A stretch of 50,475 bases of DNA from a bacterium (GTDB lineage Archaea > Thermoplasmatota > Thermoplasmata > Lutacidiplasmatales > UBA184), in assembly GCA_027309555.1 (NCBI GenBank), contig DAIDCO010000007.1, positions 1 through 50,475 on the forward strand, read 5' to 3'. The first letter of the stretch is position 1. Every line of letters begins with the position of its first letter. The position numbers and the translations under genes are program-made. Below are positions 9,801 to 18,370 of this stretch, in pieces. The notes below the pieces were generated by a model, which did no database searches, was not told where the DNA came from, and saw only the letters and a list, made by a program, of their open reading frames with translations.

Positions 9801-10431
9801 GGGAGGAGTACGCGTCGTAGAAGAACACGTTCTGGGTCCAGAACGTATAGTCCGAGTGGCCGTGGACGGTCACGTTGGCGAGGACGACGTTAAGCTGGGA
9901 GGTGAACCCCTCGGGGACCCCGTTCGCGAGATAGTACGGCGCGACCGAGGCGAGGCCCACCGTTGCGCGGTAGCTCGTGGTGTCGATCGTGAAGGGGGTG
10001 GGGGTTCCGGTGCTGTTCATGACCCCGTAGTCGGCGAGCCCGGCGGGTTCGGGGGCTTGAGGGTAGCTCGGTGCGACGACCATCCCGTTGCGGAGCGTCG
10101 GCGCGTACTCGAGGTTCGGAGGGTAGATCTTGCGCAGGTCCACGTGCTGGGCTTGGATCTGTGCCTGGAGGCGGGCTTCGGCGGAGGGACCGGGCGCGAC
10201 GGGTTGGTAGCTGGGCGCGTGGGGCGCGACCGGGGTTGAGGGTCCCGAGGGCGACGACCCCGCGACCACCGCCGCGGACGCAGCGATCGAAGTTCCCGCC
10301 GGGGATGCGGAGAATGCGAGAGACAGGAGCCCCATCGAGGCACCGAGGAGAACGATCGCGACGAGCACGGCGGTCAAGAGCCGGGTCTTAGAGGCCAGCA
10401 TAGCGGAAGTCCCGAACGGCCTAGAATACAT
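6853..10431 (-). CDS. Thermopsin (peptidase A5) family protease with beta-helix, surface repeats, PEGA-like repeats and a C-terminal TM anchor
   Basis: Signal peptide; PAGLADYG, QLNVVL, FWTQNV, NNIWNFSS, YDAEVMLGGPGGGS and GSETGETA. Duplicated YYNNVTVTSG units. ATG 10431 follows GGAGGTCGGAGTG. Confidence 0.92.
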   Translation of the reverse strand: MYSRPFGTSAMLASKTRLLTAVLVAIVLLGASMGLLSLAFSASPAGTSIAASAAVVAGSSPSGPSTPVAPHAPSYQPVAPGPSAEARLQAQIQAQHVDLRKIYPPNLEYAPTLRNGMVVAPSYPQAPEPAGLADYGVMNSTGTPTPFTIDTTSYRATVGLASVAPYYLANGVPEGFTSQLNVVLANVTVHGHSDYTFWTQNVFFYDAYSSQLFIENNIWNFSSAPPSPQPVNTFFYLPGYTNGSDNPSIGYYAAGTPTFNGISTPFSIVFYINATTLLYQGSAYTEVNFAFDLLNGAGGQVMSDQYDRALFNNTGGSATIPQAHFHVDGTTLTPTGFIPYDAEVMLGGPGGGSTATFNAINATMTLQHWNATARQYVNEPSAWSSGSETGETAVGVAEYYTAGQVAHLNGGPEFIQPFWNSSATPLVGPSHLRATIAPSNSWAFVTDRSTYNSSEAAWAPIPVSGAADWQLTNGAYSVKVMESDYTAVIAAGLAITPSTGAALTVSLVANASAGVYTPLYAYSNSQLPAISSGGTGAIGNPYRLVNNEYGPLAPEFATFNDYAFPSYAGISLVNTSAYVLIANPAPFSVDYWGPYAVFAQQYSVPTTNELSIWAFQTSHVSVLGGTISGWFSANQAGFPFANVVLWNATSSLVAGVTFDVVSNALFTYGGTGNTVTANTFQNSVLPGNFMPGIIAPYGTVPPGQPLGVSENEGGDLFFNNYFAATQPAFQTNYNVFDDLYATVPITYSNNWNLTSPIAAGSSVTINGIPVPTQSVTGSATLCGNFWWNYQPGLPLPFNSLGFILNGGDACPAGPTLFPLPVVESGLASGSSWSATVVPAPSETLPFGGTVTGAGSLSFELPAGQYTIEFGSVSEYTAIPTVDFFTIEPITGKIVNASGPISAEAVTYAPMTGLAIFAAAGLPTGTSWSVTVASTTLSGTSAAHSTSLAFGTYAYTVATVSGYLALPASGTVSVPAGGTVTVDIGFRAATTAGTLTGTVTPNSASVTINAVAVSVTNGTFSVAVSPGTVAVEASAAGYYTYYNNVTVTSGGTTTVGIALNPVTPPTGPNGQIILLVSTSGSTATIDGTAVTLAGGTFTGSFAPGVHAVVVSAPGYSTYYNNVTVTSGQATTVNVALNPTVGSSSSNGGTISNTAWAIIGVLAVVAVILFITTLIFARRVRPVMMHPEETPPRP

Positions 10432-10598
10432 CACTCCGACCTCCCGAACCGAGTCGTGGTTCGAGACGGACCCATCCCGCGCTTCTCCCGGTGACCCGCG
10501 ATCTGTTCGCCGCGCTGGGCGAGCCGGGCCCGTCCGGAGACCCGACGGAGGCGGTTGCGGGCGTTCGACCCTGCCCCCGGGCGCGGTCTCGGGACGAC

Positions 10599-10608
10599 TT
10601 ATAAATAA
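10599..10608. promoter_or_regulatory. TATA box (TTATAAATAA) in the divergent thermopsin/ugd spacer
   Basis: Only strongly AT-rich element in the roughly 325-nt GC-rich intergenic region; it reads as a TATA box on either strand. Confidence 0.55.
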
Positions 10609-10756
10609 GACGTCAGGGTGGTCCGTCGGGAGTCTCCAAGATGGGAGCGGATGCGGTCGGAGGCTCGCGCCACCGGTCGTGGCTCTCGATCTCGGCCGCC
10701 CCAGTCCGAACCCTGAGGGGCGATGCCCGGGATTCGGGAAGCCCGAGAGGGGCCCG

Positions 10757-12154
10757 ATGAAGTCCCGCTCATCCGCTCGGCCCCGCGTAGGGATCGTCGG
10801 GCTGGGGTACATGGGGCTCGCGACCGGCCTGGCATTCGCTGCGCACGGGCTACCGGTCTTCGGCTACGACCTCAAACCGGAGATCCGTTCCGCGGTCGCC
10901 CGTGGTACGGCGCCCTACCAGGAGGCGGGCCTCGAGAGGCTCTTGAGAGCCGAGGTCCGGTCCGGTCGGTTCCGGGTGGTGGAGTCTCCCCAGGAGGTCG
11001 TCGAGCACGCGGAGGGGATCTTTTTCTGCGTGCCCACTCCGAGCCTCCCCAGCGGTCGAATCGACCTACGGCCCCTCAAGAGGAGCGCCCAGGAATTCGG
11101 CAGAGCCCTACGCCAAGGGAAGGGGTATCGACTGCTGGTCGTCAAGAGCACCGTAGTGCCCGGCACGACCGAGAACGTCGTCGCTCCGATCGTCGAGCGA
11201 GTCTCGGGCCGGAGCCCGCGGGAAGTCGGTGTCGCCTCCAACCCCGAGTTTCTTGCGGAGGGCACGATGGTGAAGGATTCCCTGCGCCCCGACCGGATCG
11301 TGATCGGAACGAGCGATCGACGGGCGCTGGCCTGGCTGCGACGCGCGTATCGACCGTTCGGAGCCCCGGTCCTCCCGCTCACACCGGCGGGCGCGGAGCT
11401 CGTGAAGTACTCCTCGAACGCGTTCCTCGCCCTCAAGGTCTCCTTCGCGAACGAGATCGCCCGGCTCGCCGATCGCCTGGGCGTCGACATCGACGACATC
11501 ATGGCGGCGGTGGGCCACGATCCCCGGATCGGCGCCCGCTTTCTGCGGGCCGGGCCCGGCTTCGGGGGGAGCTGTTTTGAAAAAGACCTCCGCGCGTTCG
11601 TACGGTGGTCGACGGACCTCGGGGTCCACCTGCGGTCCGGGGAAGCGACGCTTCGGATCAATGCGGAGCAGCTCGCGTATGTGCTCGCCCAGGTCCGCGC
11701 GGGGGTCGGCCCCCTCGCCGGGAAGCGTATCGCGCTCCTCGGCCTCGCATTCAAGGCCGGCACGGACGACGTTCGAGAATCTCGTGCCCTGCTCCTCGCC
11801 CACGAGCTCCTGAACGCGGGCGCGATCCTCCGGGGGCACGACCCCGTGGCGGGCGGGAACTTTCTGCGTCAGTGGGATTCCACTCACGCGCCGGGCACCC
11901 CCCGTCCCGAGGTCTTCGATTCGCTCGCGGAGGCGCTCGAAGGCGCGGATGCGGCGATCCTCCAGGCGGACTGGCCTGCCTACGCGCGCTGGCTCCCCTC
12001 GTGGTCTCGCAGAATGAAGACTCCCCTGCTCTTCGACCTTCGAAGGGCCACCGACCTCGCCCGGGCGCGCCGCGCGGGACTGGACGTCGTGGGGCTCGGG
12101 GCCGGACAACGCCGCTCGTCGACCGGGCCCTCTCTCCTTCCGGCGGGACCATGA
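10757..12154 (+). CDS. ugd: UDP-glucose 6-dehydrogenase (UDP-glucose/GDP-mannose dehydrogenase family)
   Basis: GLGYMG Rossmann motif, CVPTP, KSTVVPGT, NPEFLAEG, ELVKY, GFGGSCF (catalytic Cys) and GLAFKAGTDDVRES. Confidence 0.95.
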   Translation: MKSRSSARPRVGIVGLGYMGLATGLAFAAHGLPVFGYDLKPEIRSAVARGTAPYQEAGLERLLRAEVRSGRFRVVESPQEVVEHAEGIFFCVPTPSLPSGRIDLRPLKRSAQEFGRALRQGKGYRLLVVKSTVVPGTTENVVAPIVERVSGRSPREVGVASNPEFLAEGTMVKDSLRPDRIVIGTSDRRALAWLRRAYRPFGAPVLPLTPAGAELVKYSSNAFLALKVSFANEIARLADRLGVDIDDIMAAVGHDPRIGARFLRAGPGFGGSCFEKDLRAFVRWSTDLGVHLRSGEATLRINAEQLAYVLAQVRAGVGPLAGKRIALLGLAFKAGTDDVRESRALLLAHELLNAGAILRGHDPVAGGNFLRQWDSTHAPGTPRPEVFDSLAEALEGADAAILQADWPAYARWLPSWSRRMKTPLLFDLRRATDLARARRAGLDVVGLGAGQRRSSTGPSLLPAGP

Positions 12155-13008
12155 GGGTGGTCATCCCGGCCGCCGGACTGGGGACCCGCTTCCTGCCCGC
12201 GACGAAGAGCCAGCCGAAGGAGATGCTCCCGGTCGTGGACCGTCCGATCATCCAGTATGTGGTCGAAGAGGCGGTCGCCGCGGGCGCGAACGACATCTTG
12301 ATCGTGACGGGGCGCGGGAAGCGAGCCCTTGAGGATTATTTCGACCACAATCCCGAGCTCGCACGGTGGAACGACCGGCCCGAGCTCCGGACGCTCGACG
12401 AATTGAGCCAGAAGGCGCGCATCCACTTTGTCCGCCAACGCGAACCGAAAGGTCTTGCCGACGCGATCGCCTGCGCCCGGCACCACACCGGGTCGGATGC
12501 CTTTGGGGTCCTCCTGGGGGACACGATCCATCGTTGCGACCCACCGCTGCTGCAACAGCTGTGGACCCGGTACGAGCGCCACCATGCGCCCATCCTCGCC
12601 GTGGAACCCGTGCCGGACGAGAAGGTGCGGGACTACGGGATCATCGATGGACCCGAGGTCGAGCCCGGCCTGTACCGCTGCGAGCGGCTCGTCGAGAAAC
12701 CAACGCTGGACGACGCACCGAGCCGTATTGGGATCACGGGCGCCTATGTGCTGACCCCCGAGATCTATTCCGCGATCGACCGGACGAGCCCCGGGGCCAA
12801 CGGGGAAGTCCAGTTGACGGACGCCCTACAGCTGCTGGCTCGAGAGCGGCCGGTGTACGCCACCACGTTCCGCGGTACCCGGCACGACATCGGGGACCGA
12901 TTCCTCTGGATCAAGACCAACCTCGAGTTCGCCATGCGCGTGCCGGAATTGCGAGAGCAGTTGCGCCCGATCCTCGCGAAACTGCTCCGCGACGAACCTC
13001 CAGGGTAG
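12151..13008 (+). CDS. galU: UTP-glucose-1-phosphate uridylyltransferase
   Basis: VIPAAGLGTRFLPATKSQPKEMLP, VRQ...GL, LLGD, VEKP and GEVQLTDAL. ATGA overlap with the ugd stop. Confidence 0.95.
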   Translation: MRVVIPAAGLGTRFLPATKSQPKEMLPVVDRPIIQYVVEEAVAAGANDILIVTGRGKRALEDYFDHNPELARWNDRPELRTLDELSQKARIHFVRQREPKGLADAIACARHHTGSDAFGVLLGDTIHRCDPPLLQQLWTRYERHHAPILAVEPVPDEKVRDYGIIDGPEVEPGLYRCERLVEKPTLDDAPSRIGITGAYVLTPEIYSAIDRTSPGANGEVQLTDALQLLARERPVYATTFRGTRHDIGDRFLWIKTNLEFAMRVPELREQLRPILAKLLRDEPPG

Positions 13009-13265
13009 GGTCCGAGCTGCGCCGCTTCCGGCCGAGCATCGGTCCTCCCCCAGCTCAGACCTCTTCCCCGGACCGGTGACGGCGGGCGGTCTACCGTATT
13101 GCTTCGGCCGCGAGTCCCCTCTGGGGCGGTTACCCGCCGGCCACGACGACGGCGAACCTCGCTCCGGCCCGACAGGTCTCGTCGTCCCCGGCCCACGTAC
13201 AGGAATGGGTTCCGCCTCCCGGCCCCTTGCGCGGGTCCGGGAGGGCGTGCCGTCCGACTACGCGA

Positions 13266-16200
13266 TCACTGCGCGCCGGGCGGGGGCCCACCGCTCGGCG
13301 GAGGCGCAACGGCCGGGGAGCCTTCGGCGGGAGCCGTCGGTCCGCTCCAGGCCTGCGGAGGAGCACCGCCTTTCTTTCGGCGGCTGCGCATCATCGCCGC
13401 AGCGATCCCGGCGATCAGCAGTACCGCGATCAGACCGATCAGAAGGTACCCGTCCATCCCGGGGAGGCCGAGGAACGTGCCACCGGAAGACGAGCTGGAC
13501 GTCACGGTGAACTTGACGGGCGTCGAGGTCGCCCGGCCTGTCACGTTGACGGTGCCGGCCGAGGGAGTCGAGAGGTAGCCCGACACCGCGCCCACGGTGA
13601 ACGAATAGCTCCCGTTCCGTTCGGCGAACGCGAGGCTCGCGGCGATCGAGGAGACCGATTGACTACCGATCGTCACGGACCACGAGGTCCCGCTGGGGAG
13701 GCCGGTCTCGGTGAAGACGACCGAGAATTCGCCCGCCGGCAGGGTGGTGAAGGCGATGGTCGTCAGCACTACGGCACCGTTCACGGTCACCGTGCCGCTC
13801 GCCGGCGAGGCCGTGGATCCGACGACAATGCCCACGGAGTAACCGTAGCTTCCGTTCGCCTCGGTGAAGACGATCGTCGGGGTGATGGACCACTGGACCG
13901 AGGTCCCGAGGGTCACCGACCAGTTCGTTCCGCTGGGTAGGCCCGTTTCGAGGAACGTCACGGACCAGCTCGACTGCGCACCCGGCGTGAACGTGATGTT
14001 CTCGACGACGAGCGCCCCCGCCACCTGGACCGATCCGGCCGACGGGCTCGCAGAGTATCCCGAGACCGTCGCGACCGAGAAGACGTAGCTACCGTTGGCC
14101 TCGAAGAAGCTGATGGAGCTGGTCGTTGAGCTCACCGTGACCGAGTGGAGGGTGACCGACCAGTTCGTTCCCGAGACGAGACCCGTCTCGTGGAAGGTGA
14201 CCTCGTACCCGACCGAGAAGGCGATCGTGACGTTGACGGCAGTGCCGTTCACCGTTACCGTGCCCGACGAGGGCGAGGAGGCATAGCCGACGACCGGGCC
14301 CACGGAATACGGGAACGTCCCGTTGCCGATCCGGAAGCCGATCGCGCTCGAGGTGTTCGAGAGGGGAATGTTGTTGAGCGACACGCTCCACGCCGTTCCG
14401 CTCGGGAGACCCGTCTCGTTGAAGGTGACGGCGTAGGTGGTTCCCGTCGGCACGAACACGATCGGCTGGACCACGGACGTACCGTTCAGGACCACGATGC
14501 CGGAGGCGGGAGTGGCCACGTACCCGGTCGCTCCGCCCACGTCGAACCCGGCCGATCCGTTCACTCCCAGGAAACCGATCTCGTTCGTGGTGGAAGAGTT
14601 CAGTTGGACGTACACCGGGTACTCGACGTACCAGGGGGTCCCCGTGGGGAGCCCCGTCTCCGTGAACCGGACCGAGTACGCGCCCCGGTGGGAGAACGCG
14701 ATCGGCGTCTGGACCGACGCCCCATTGACCGTGATACTGCCGGCGTAGGGAGAAGGACCGTACTGGATCAATACGGATCCCGCCTCGAAGCTGAAGGTCC
14801 CGTTCGGGAGACTCGTGCTCACCGTCGAATTGGTGGAGAGGACCTCCGAATTATAGAACGTGCCGTTCGCGAATCCCGAGACATAGACTCCCCACAGCGT
14901 CCCGGCGGGCAGTCCGCTCTCGTTGAAGCTCGCGAGGTAGGTAGGAGCGCGCACGAACACGATCGGCACCGCCACGGGGGAGACACTGACCGTGATCGAC
15001 CCCGATGAGGGAGTCGCGCTGTACGCCGACGGAGCCCCGACGTTGTAGCTGTAGAGTCCGGGCGTCTCGTTGAAGTTGACCGAGACGTTCCCGTTGGCGG
15101 AGAGGGTGACCGAGGAGAAGTTCGACAAATCGGTCATGGAGACGTACCAGGCTGCCCCGGAGACGAGGCCCGATCCGGTGAAGGTGACGTTCTGTGTCGT
15201 CGACGGGGTGAATGCGACCGTCACGTTCGCAGCGGTTCCGTTGACGATCACCGATCCCCCTGTCGAAGCGGGAGTGTAGCCCGCGACATTCGGGACCGAG
15301 TAGTACCACGTTCCGTTCCCGACGTCGAATCCGATCGTGCTCGTCGTGGATGTGTTCCAGCCGTTCAGCTCGACCGACCACGACGTGCCGCTCGGCAGCC
15401 CGGTCTCGGTGAACGTGAGGGGGTAGGTGACGGTGCTGCAATTGCCAGTGGACGTGCCGAGCACGGCTCCGGTCAGGCCTTCGACCTCACCAAAGAACTC
15501 GTGACCCGGAGAAGACTGGGCCGGTCCGCGGAAGAACGAGCAGCCTCCCGAGCCATAGATGACCTCCCAGATCGGAGGGCTCGAGTACCATGTTCCATTG
15601 GAGCTCAAGGAGTAACCTCCGCCGTAGACGGCCCACTCTTGTTCGGCGCCGGGGTTCGCCGCGAGGAAGGCACTGCCTCCCGCCGCGTTCACATAGGCGA
15701 GGGCGGTGGGGGAGTCAATGACGTTCGAGGGGATCGCGCCCGCCGAGCTGCCGAAGACCAGGCAGGTCGGCGACGAGGTCTGCTGGTAGAGCAGCGTGGC
15801 GGTACCGCTGTCCACGAAGGCGAACACCATGACTCCGGGCAGAGCGGGTGCACTAAGGTAGAATTCGTAGAACGCGGCCGTTCCCGAAGCGGCCGAGCTC
15901 GGGGTCCCGGAGACCGTTAGGGACGAGGGGGGAGTGCCGATGAAGGAGAAGCCACAGGTTCCCGCGAAGGTGGCGTTGGTGATGTTGATCGTATAGGTGG
16001 TAGGAATGGCGATCCCGGCGCCGAGACTCACTTGCCAGCTCGTGCCGCGGTAGCCCGCCGCCGCTGAGATGACGAGGGGGGCTGCCGAGGCATAGTCGAG
16101 GCTAACGGTCCCCGATGCGGGTTGCGACGCCGACGTCGCGTCGATCGGCGTGCCCTTGGGGAGGCCGAGAACGGACGGAGGAGGGGATTGGAATCGCGAG

Positions 16201-16433
16201 ACATGGGAAGACGACAGTGCGGAAGTCGTGGGAGACGAGAATGCGGAACTCGAGGGCATGGAGTGACTCGCGATCGAGGTCGAACTCACGGAGCTCGCCA
16301 CGGACGCGGGCGCCGCCGAATGCGACCCCGCGGCCGGAGCGCCGAGCGACGTAGCGCTCAAGGGCACGAGAAGGAGGACGAGGCTTACGAGTACCACGAT
16401 CGCGATCCGGTTCAGTGCTTTATTGCTCGTCAT
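13266..16433 (-). CDS. Membrane-anchored cell-surface protein with eight Thermoplasmata-type Ig-like repeats and a PepSY-like N-terminal region
   Basis: Signal peptide, Ser-rich linker, eight F-x-E/G-x-GL-x-x-G-x-x-W-x-V repeats, many N-x-S/T sequons, and a C-terminal TM helix followed by RSRRKK. The start could be 16466. Confidence 0.88.
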   Translation of the reverse strand: MTSNKALNRIAIVVLVSLVLLLVPLSATSLGAPAAGSHSAAPASVASSVSSTSIASHSMPSSSAFSSPTTSALSSSHVSRFQSPPPSVLGLPKGTPIDATSASQPASGTVSLDYASAAPLVISAAAGYRGTSWQVSLGAGIAIPTTYTINITNATFAGTCGFSFIGTPPSSLTVSGTPSSAASGTAAFYEFYLSAPALPGVMVFAFVDSGTATLLYQQTSSPTCLVFGSSAGAIPSNVIDSPTALAYVNAAGGSAFLAANPGAEQEWAVYGGGYSLSSNGTWYSSPPIWEVIYGSGGCSFFRGPAQSSPGHEFFGEVEGLTGAVLGTSTGNCSTVTYPLTFTETGLPSGTSWSVELNGWNTSTTSTIGFDVGNGTWYYSVPNVAGYTPASTGGSVIVNGTAANVTVAFTPSTTQNVTFTGSGLVSGAAWYVSMTDLSNFSSVTLSANGNVSVNFNETPGLYSYNVGAPSAYSATPSSGSITVSVSPVAVPIVFVRAPTYLASFNESGLPAGTLWGVYVSGFANGTFYNSEVLSTNSTVSTSLPNGTFSFEAGSVLIQYGPSPYAGSITVNGASVQTPIAFSHRGAYSVRFTETGLPTGTPWYVEYPVYVQLNSSTTNEIGFLGVNGSAGFDVGGATGYVATPASGIVVLNGTSVVQPIVFVPTGTTYAVTFNETGLPSGTAWSVSLNNIPLSNTSSAIGFRIGNGTFPYSVGPVVGYASSPSSGTVTVNGTAVNVTIAFSVGYEVTFHETGLVSGTNWSVTLHSVTVSSTTSSISFFEANGSYVFSVATVSGYSASPSAGSVQVAGALVVENITFTPGAQSSWSVTFLETGLPSGTNWSVTLGTSVQWSITPTIVFTEANGSYGYSVGIVVGSTASPASGTVTVNGAVVLTTIAFTTLPAGEFSVVFTETGLPSGTSWSVTIGSQSVSSIAASLAFAERNGSYSFTVGAVSGYLSTPSAGTVNVTGRATSTPVKFTVTSSSSSGGTFLGLPGMDGYLLIGLIAVLLIAGIAAAMMRSRRKKGGAPPQAWSGPTAPAEGSPAVAPPPSGGPPPGAQ

Positions 16434-16739
16434 GGCGCGGTAACCTGACGTTCGAGCGTTTTTCATGCATATAGACCATCGCATCCTGCCCGGGGGGGCC
16501 TCGGCGGAACCTGGACTACGGTACGACGGCACCGGGAGGCGCGCGGGGCCGCGTTCTCGCCGTCCCGCACGTGGGGCCTCACTTTCTCTCCTCCGCCTCC
16601 GATGGCAGCGCCCCATTCCTGGGCCGCGAACGTGGGCCCGAGCCGCGGGTCGTATCCGCCCCCCGGGCCGCCCTGCCCGAAACTGTTAATGCCCGGGGCC
16701 GCCACTTTTTGGGGATGGGGAGCGAACAGCTCCCTATCG

Positions 16740-18305
16740 ATGACGGACGAGTCCGACGCACTCCGCATCTTGCAAGACCGCGAACGGCGAAAGACGCTCG
16801 AACGGCTCCGGATCGAGGGGGAGCGTCGCGACCGCCAAGCGGGACTCGACCGCCTCCAGGTCTTCGAGTTTCAAGGCTCCGCGGAGCTCCCCGACTCCCG
16901 TACGAGAGGGGAACCTCTCCCGCGGGTGCGAGTCGTCCCCTCCCAGTTCGACTCCGCCCAGGTGCCCGTCCTGCCTTCAGGGGCGAGGAGCGCAATCCCC
17001 GGTCCCCCCTCGAGCCGCGAGATCGGAGGTGCCGTTCGTCCACCCGCCGTTTCCGAGTTTCTGGCGATCGATCCGGGCGAGGGATTCGACATTCAACGCC
17101 TCAACTCCCTCCGCTTTCCCCCCCTCCTCCGCGAGGCGGCGTCGGACCCGAACTTGCTCGCGACGATCGCCGGACATGCTGACCGTCTGATCGTGCGCGT
17201 CAAGCAGGAGGTCGATGACCCCCTCAGTGCCGGGGCGCTCTTGCGGGACCAGGTCCTTCGATGGTATCGAGAGAGCCCGACGGACGCCGACTGGTCCGTG
17301 CGAATGCCGGTGAGCTGGGCGGGGCTCTTCGCGGAATCCCGGGCCGCGGGTGGGAGGCTCGAGGTATGGTTGAACCAGCGGCTCTGGTCGTTGCGGGACC
17401 ATGCCGCTCGGGCCGGTTCGCTCGGCCACCGCTTGAAGCGCGGGTTGTCCCGGGATCGGAAGGCCGTCAGCGCGATCGGGAGAACACCGAGCCAGCAGAT
17501 CCATGCGGAGGTCGCGCAGGCGCTGCTCGACGACCTCGCCACCCACCCGCGCGATGGCGAGCTACCCGTTCCGCTGGTCCGGCTGAGCGAACTCGCGGTC
17601 CGTCGGCAAGTGACCACCATCAACGACGCGCTCGCTCTCCTGTTCAGCGCCCCCGAGTCGGGTCCGTTCGTGCTACTGCATCCCAACCGGTACCCGGATT
17701 GCGCTGAGGTCGTGCTTCGGCCTCCGACCGCCGGCGCCTCCGGGGCCGCGCTGGCCTTCAGCCTGGTCCCCGGCCGAGCGGCCCGGAAAGGACCGGCAAA
17801 GGGGCGGGCGGCCGGTGGGGCGGAGAGCGACCCGTCCGCGCGTGATGGCGACCCCGTTTCCTCCGACGAGGAGGAGGTCGATGCGGCCTCCGTGTGGGAG
17901 GCGGAGACCGTCGAACCGGCAACCTGGCGTCGCATCCTCGGTGAACGACGCCGGGAGCGGAAGCGACTCGACTCCCCGCCGAAAGAGTGCCGCACTCGCC
18001 CCGCATACAAGGTGCTGCGCGACCTCCTGCTGGACGACTCTGCGGTGCGTCTATCGTTCCTTTCCGTCCGGTGGCGGGGTCGGCCGTCGGGCGTGCCGTT
18101 GCTGGCCACTCTATTGCAGAAAGGGACCCTCGCGCCCGAAGTGGCGACCGACCACGAGTACCTCGAGGCCGAGCTGGGCGACCTGGTCCAGGGCGATCCT
18201 GAGTGGCAACCTCCCGACGGCCGTTGGCAGGCCCGTGGATGGACCATCGTACGCGAAGGCTCCCGGTCGGAAGGGCTCCGGTACACCGCGACGCACGAGG
18301 GCTGA
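16740..18305 (+). CDS. Hypothetical cytoplasmic protein (about 521 aa)
   Basis: Long ORF with a charged helical N-terminus (MTDESDALRILQDRERRK), globular Trp-rich segments and an acidic linker. No motif recognised. Confidence 0.75.
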   Translation: MTDESDALRILQDRERRKTLERLRIEGERRDRQAGLDRLQVFEFQGSAELPDSRTRGEPLPRVRVVPSQFDSAQVPVLPSGARSAIPGPPSSREIGGAVRPPAVSEFLAIDPGEGFDIQRLNSLRFPPLLREAASDPNLLATIAGHADRLIVRVKQEVDDPLSAGALLRDQVLRWYRESPTDADWSVRMPVSWAGLFAESRAAGGRLEVWLNQRLWSLRDHAARAGSLGHRLKRGLSRDRKAVSAIGRTPSQQIHAEVAQALLDDLATHPRDGELPVPLVRLSELAVRRQVTTINDALALLFSAPESGPFVLLHPNRYPDCAEVVLRPPTAGASGAALAFSLVPGRAARKGPAKGRAAGGAESDPSARDGDPVSSDEEEVDAASVWEAETVEPATWRRILGERRRERKRLDSPPKECRTRPAYKVLRDLLLDDSAVRLSFLSVRWRGRPSGVPLLATLLQKGTLAPEVATDHEYLEAELGDLVQGDPEWQPPDGRWQARGWTIVREGSRSEGLRYTATHEG

Positions 18306-18370
18306 CGTTCGACCGACGAGCGTGGGGACTCCTCGTCGGGGCTCAGCATCGGCCCGAATGCGGGCCGTGA

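Noticed and set aside
10432-10812. N-terminal extensions in the ORF track for thermopsin (and similarly galU, the permease, sqr and the PQQ protein)
   Set aside because: The extensions are low-complexity and overlap promoters or neighbouring genes. Downstream starts have an RBS, a TATA box or stop-start coupling.
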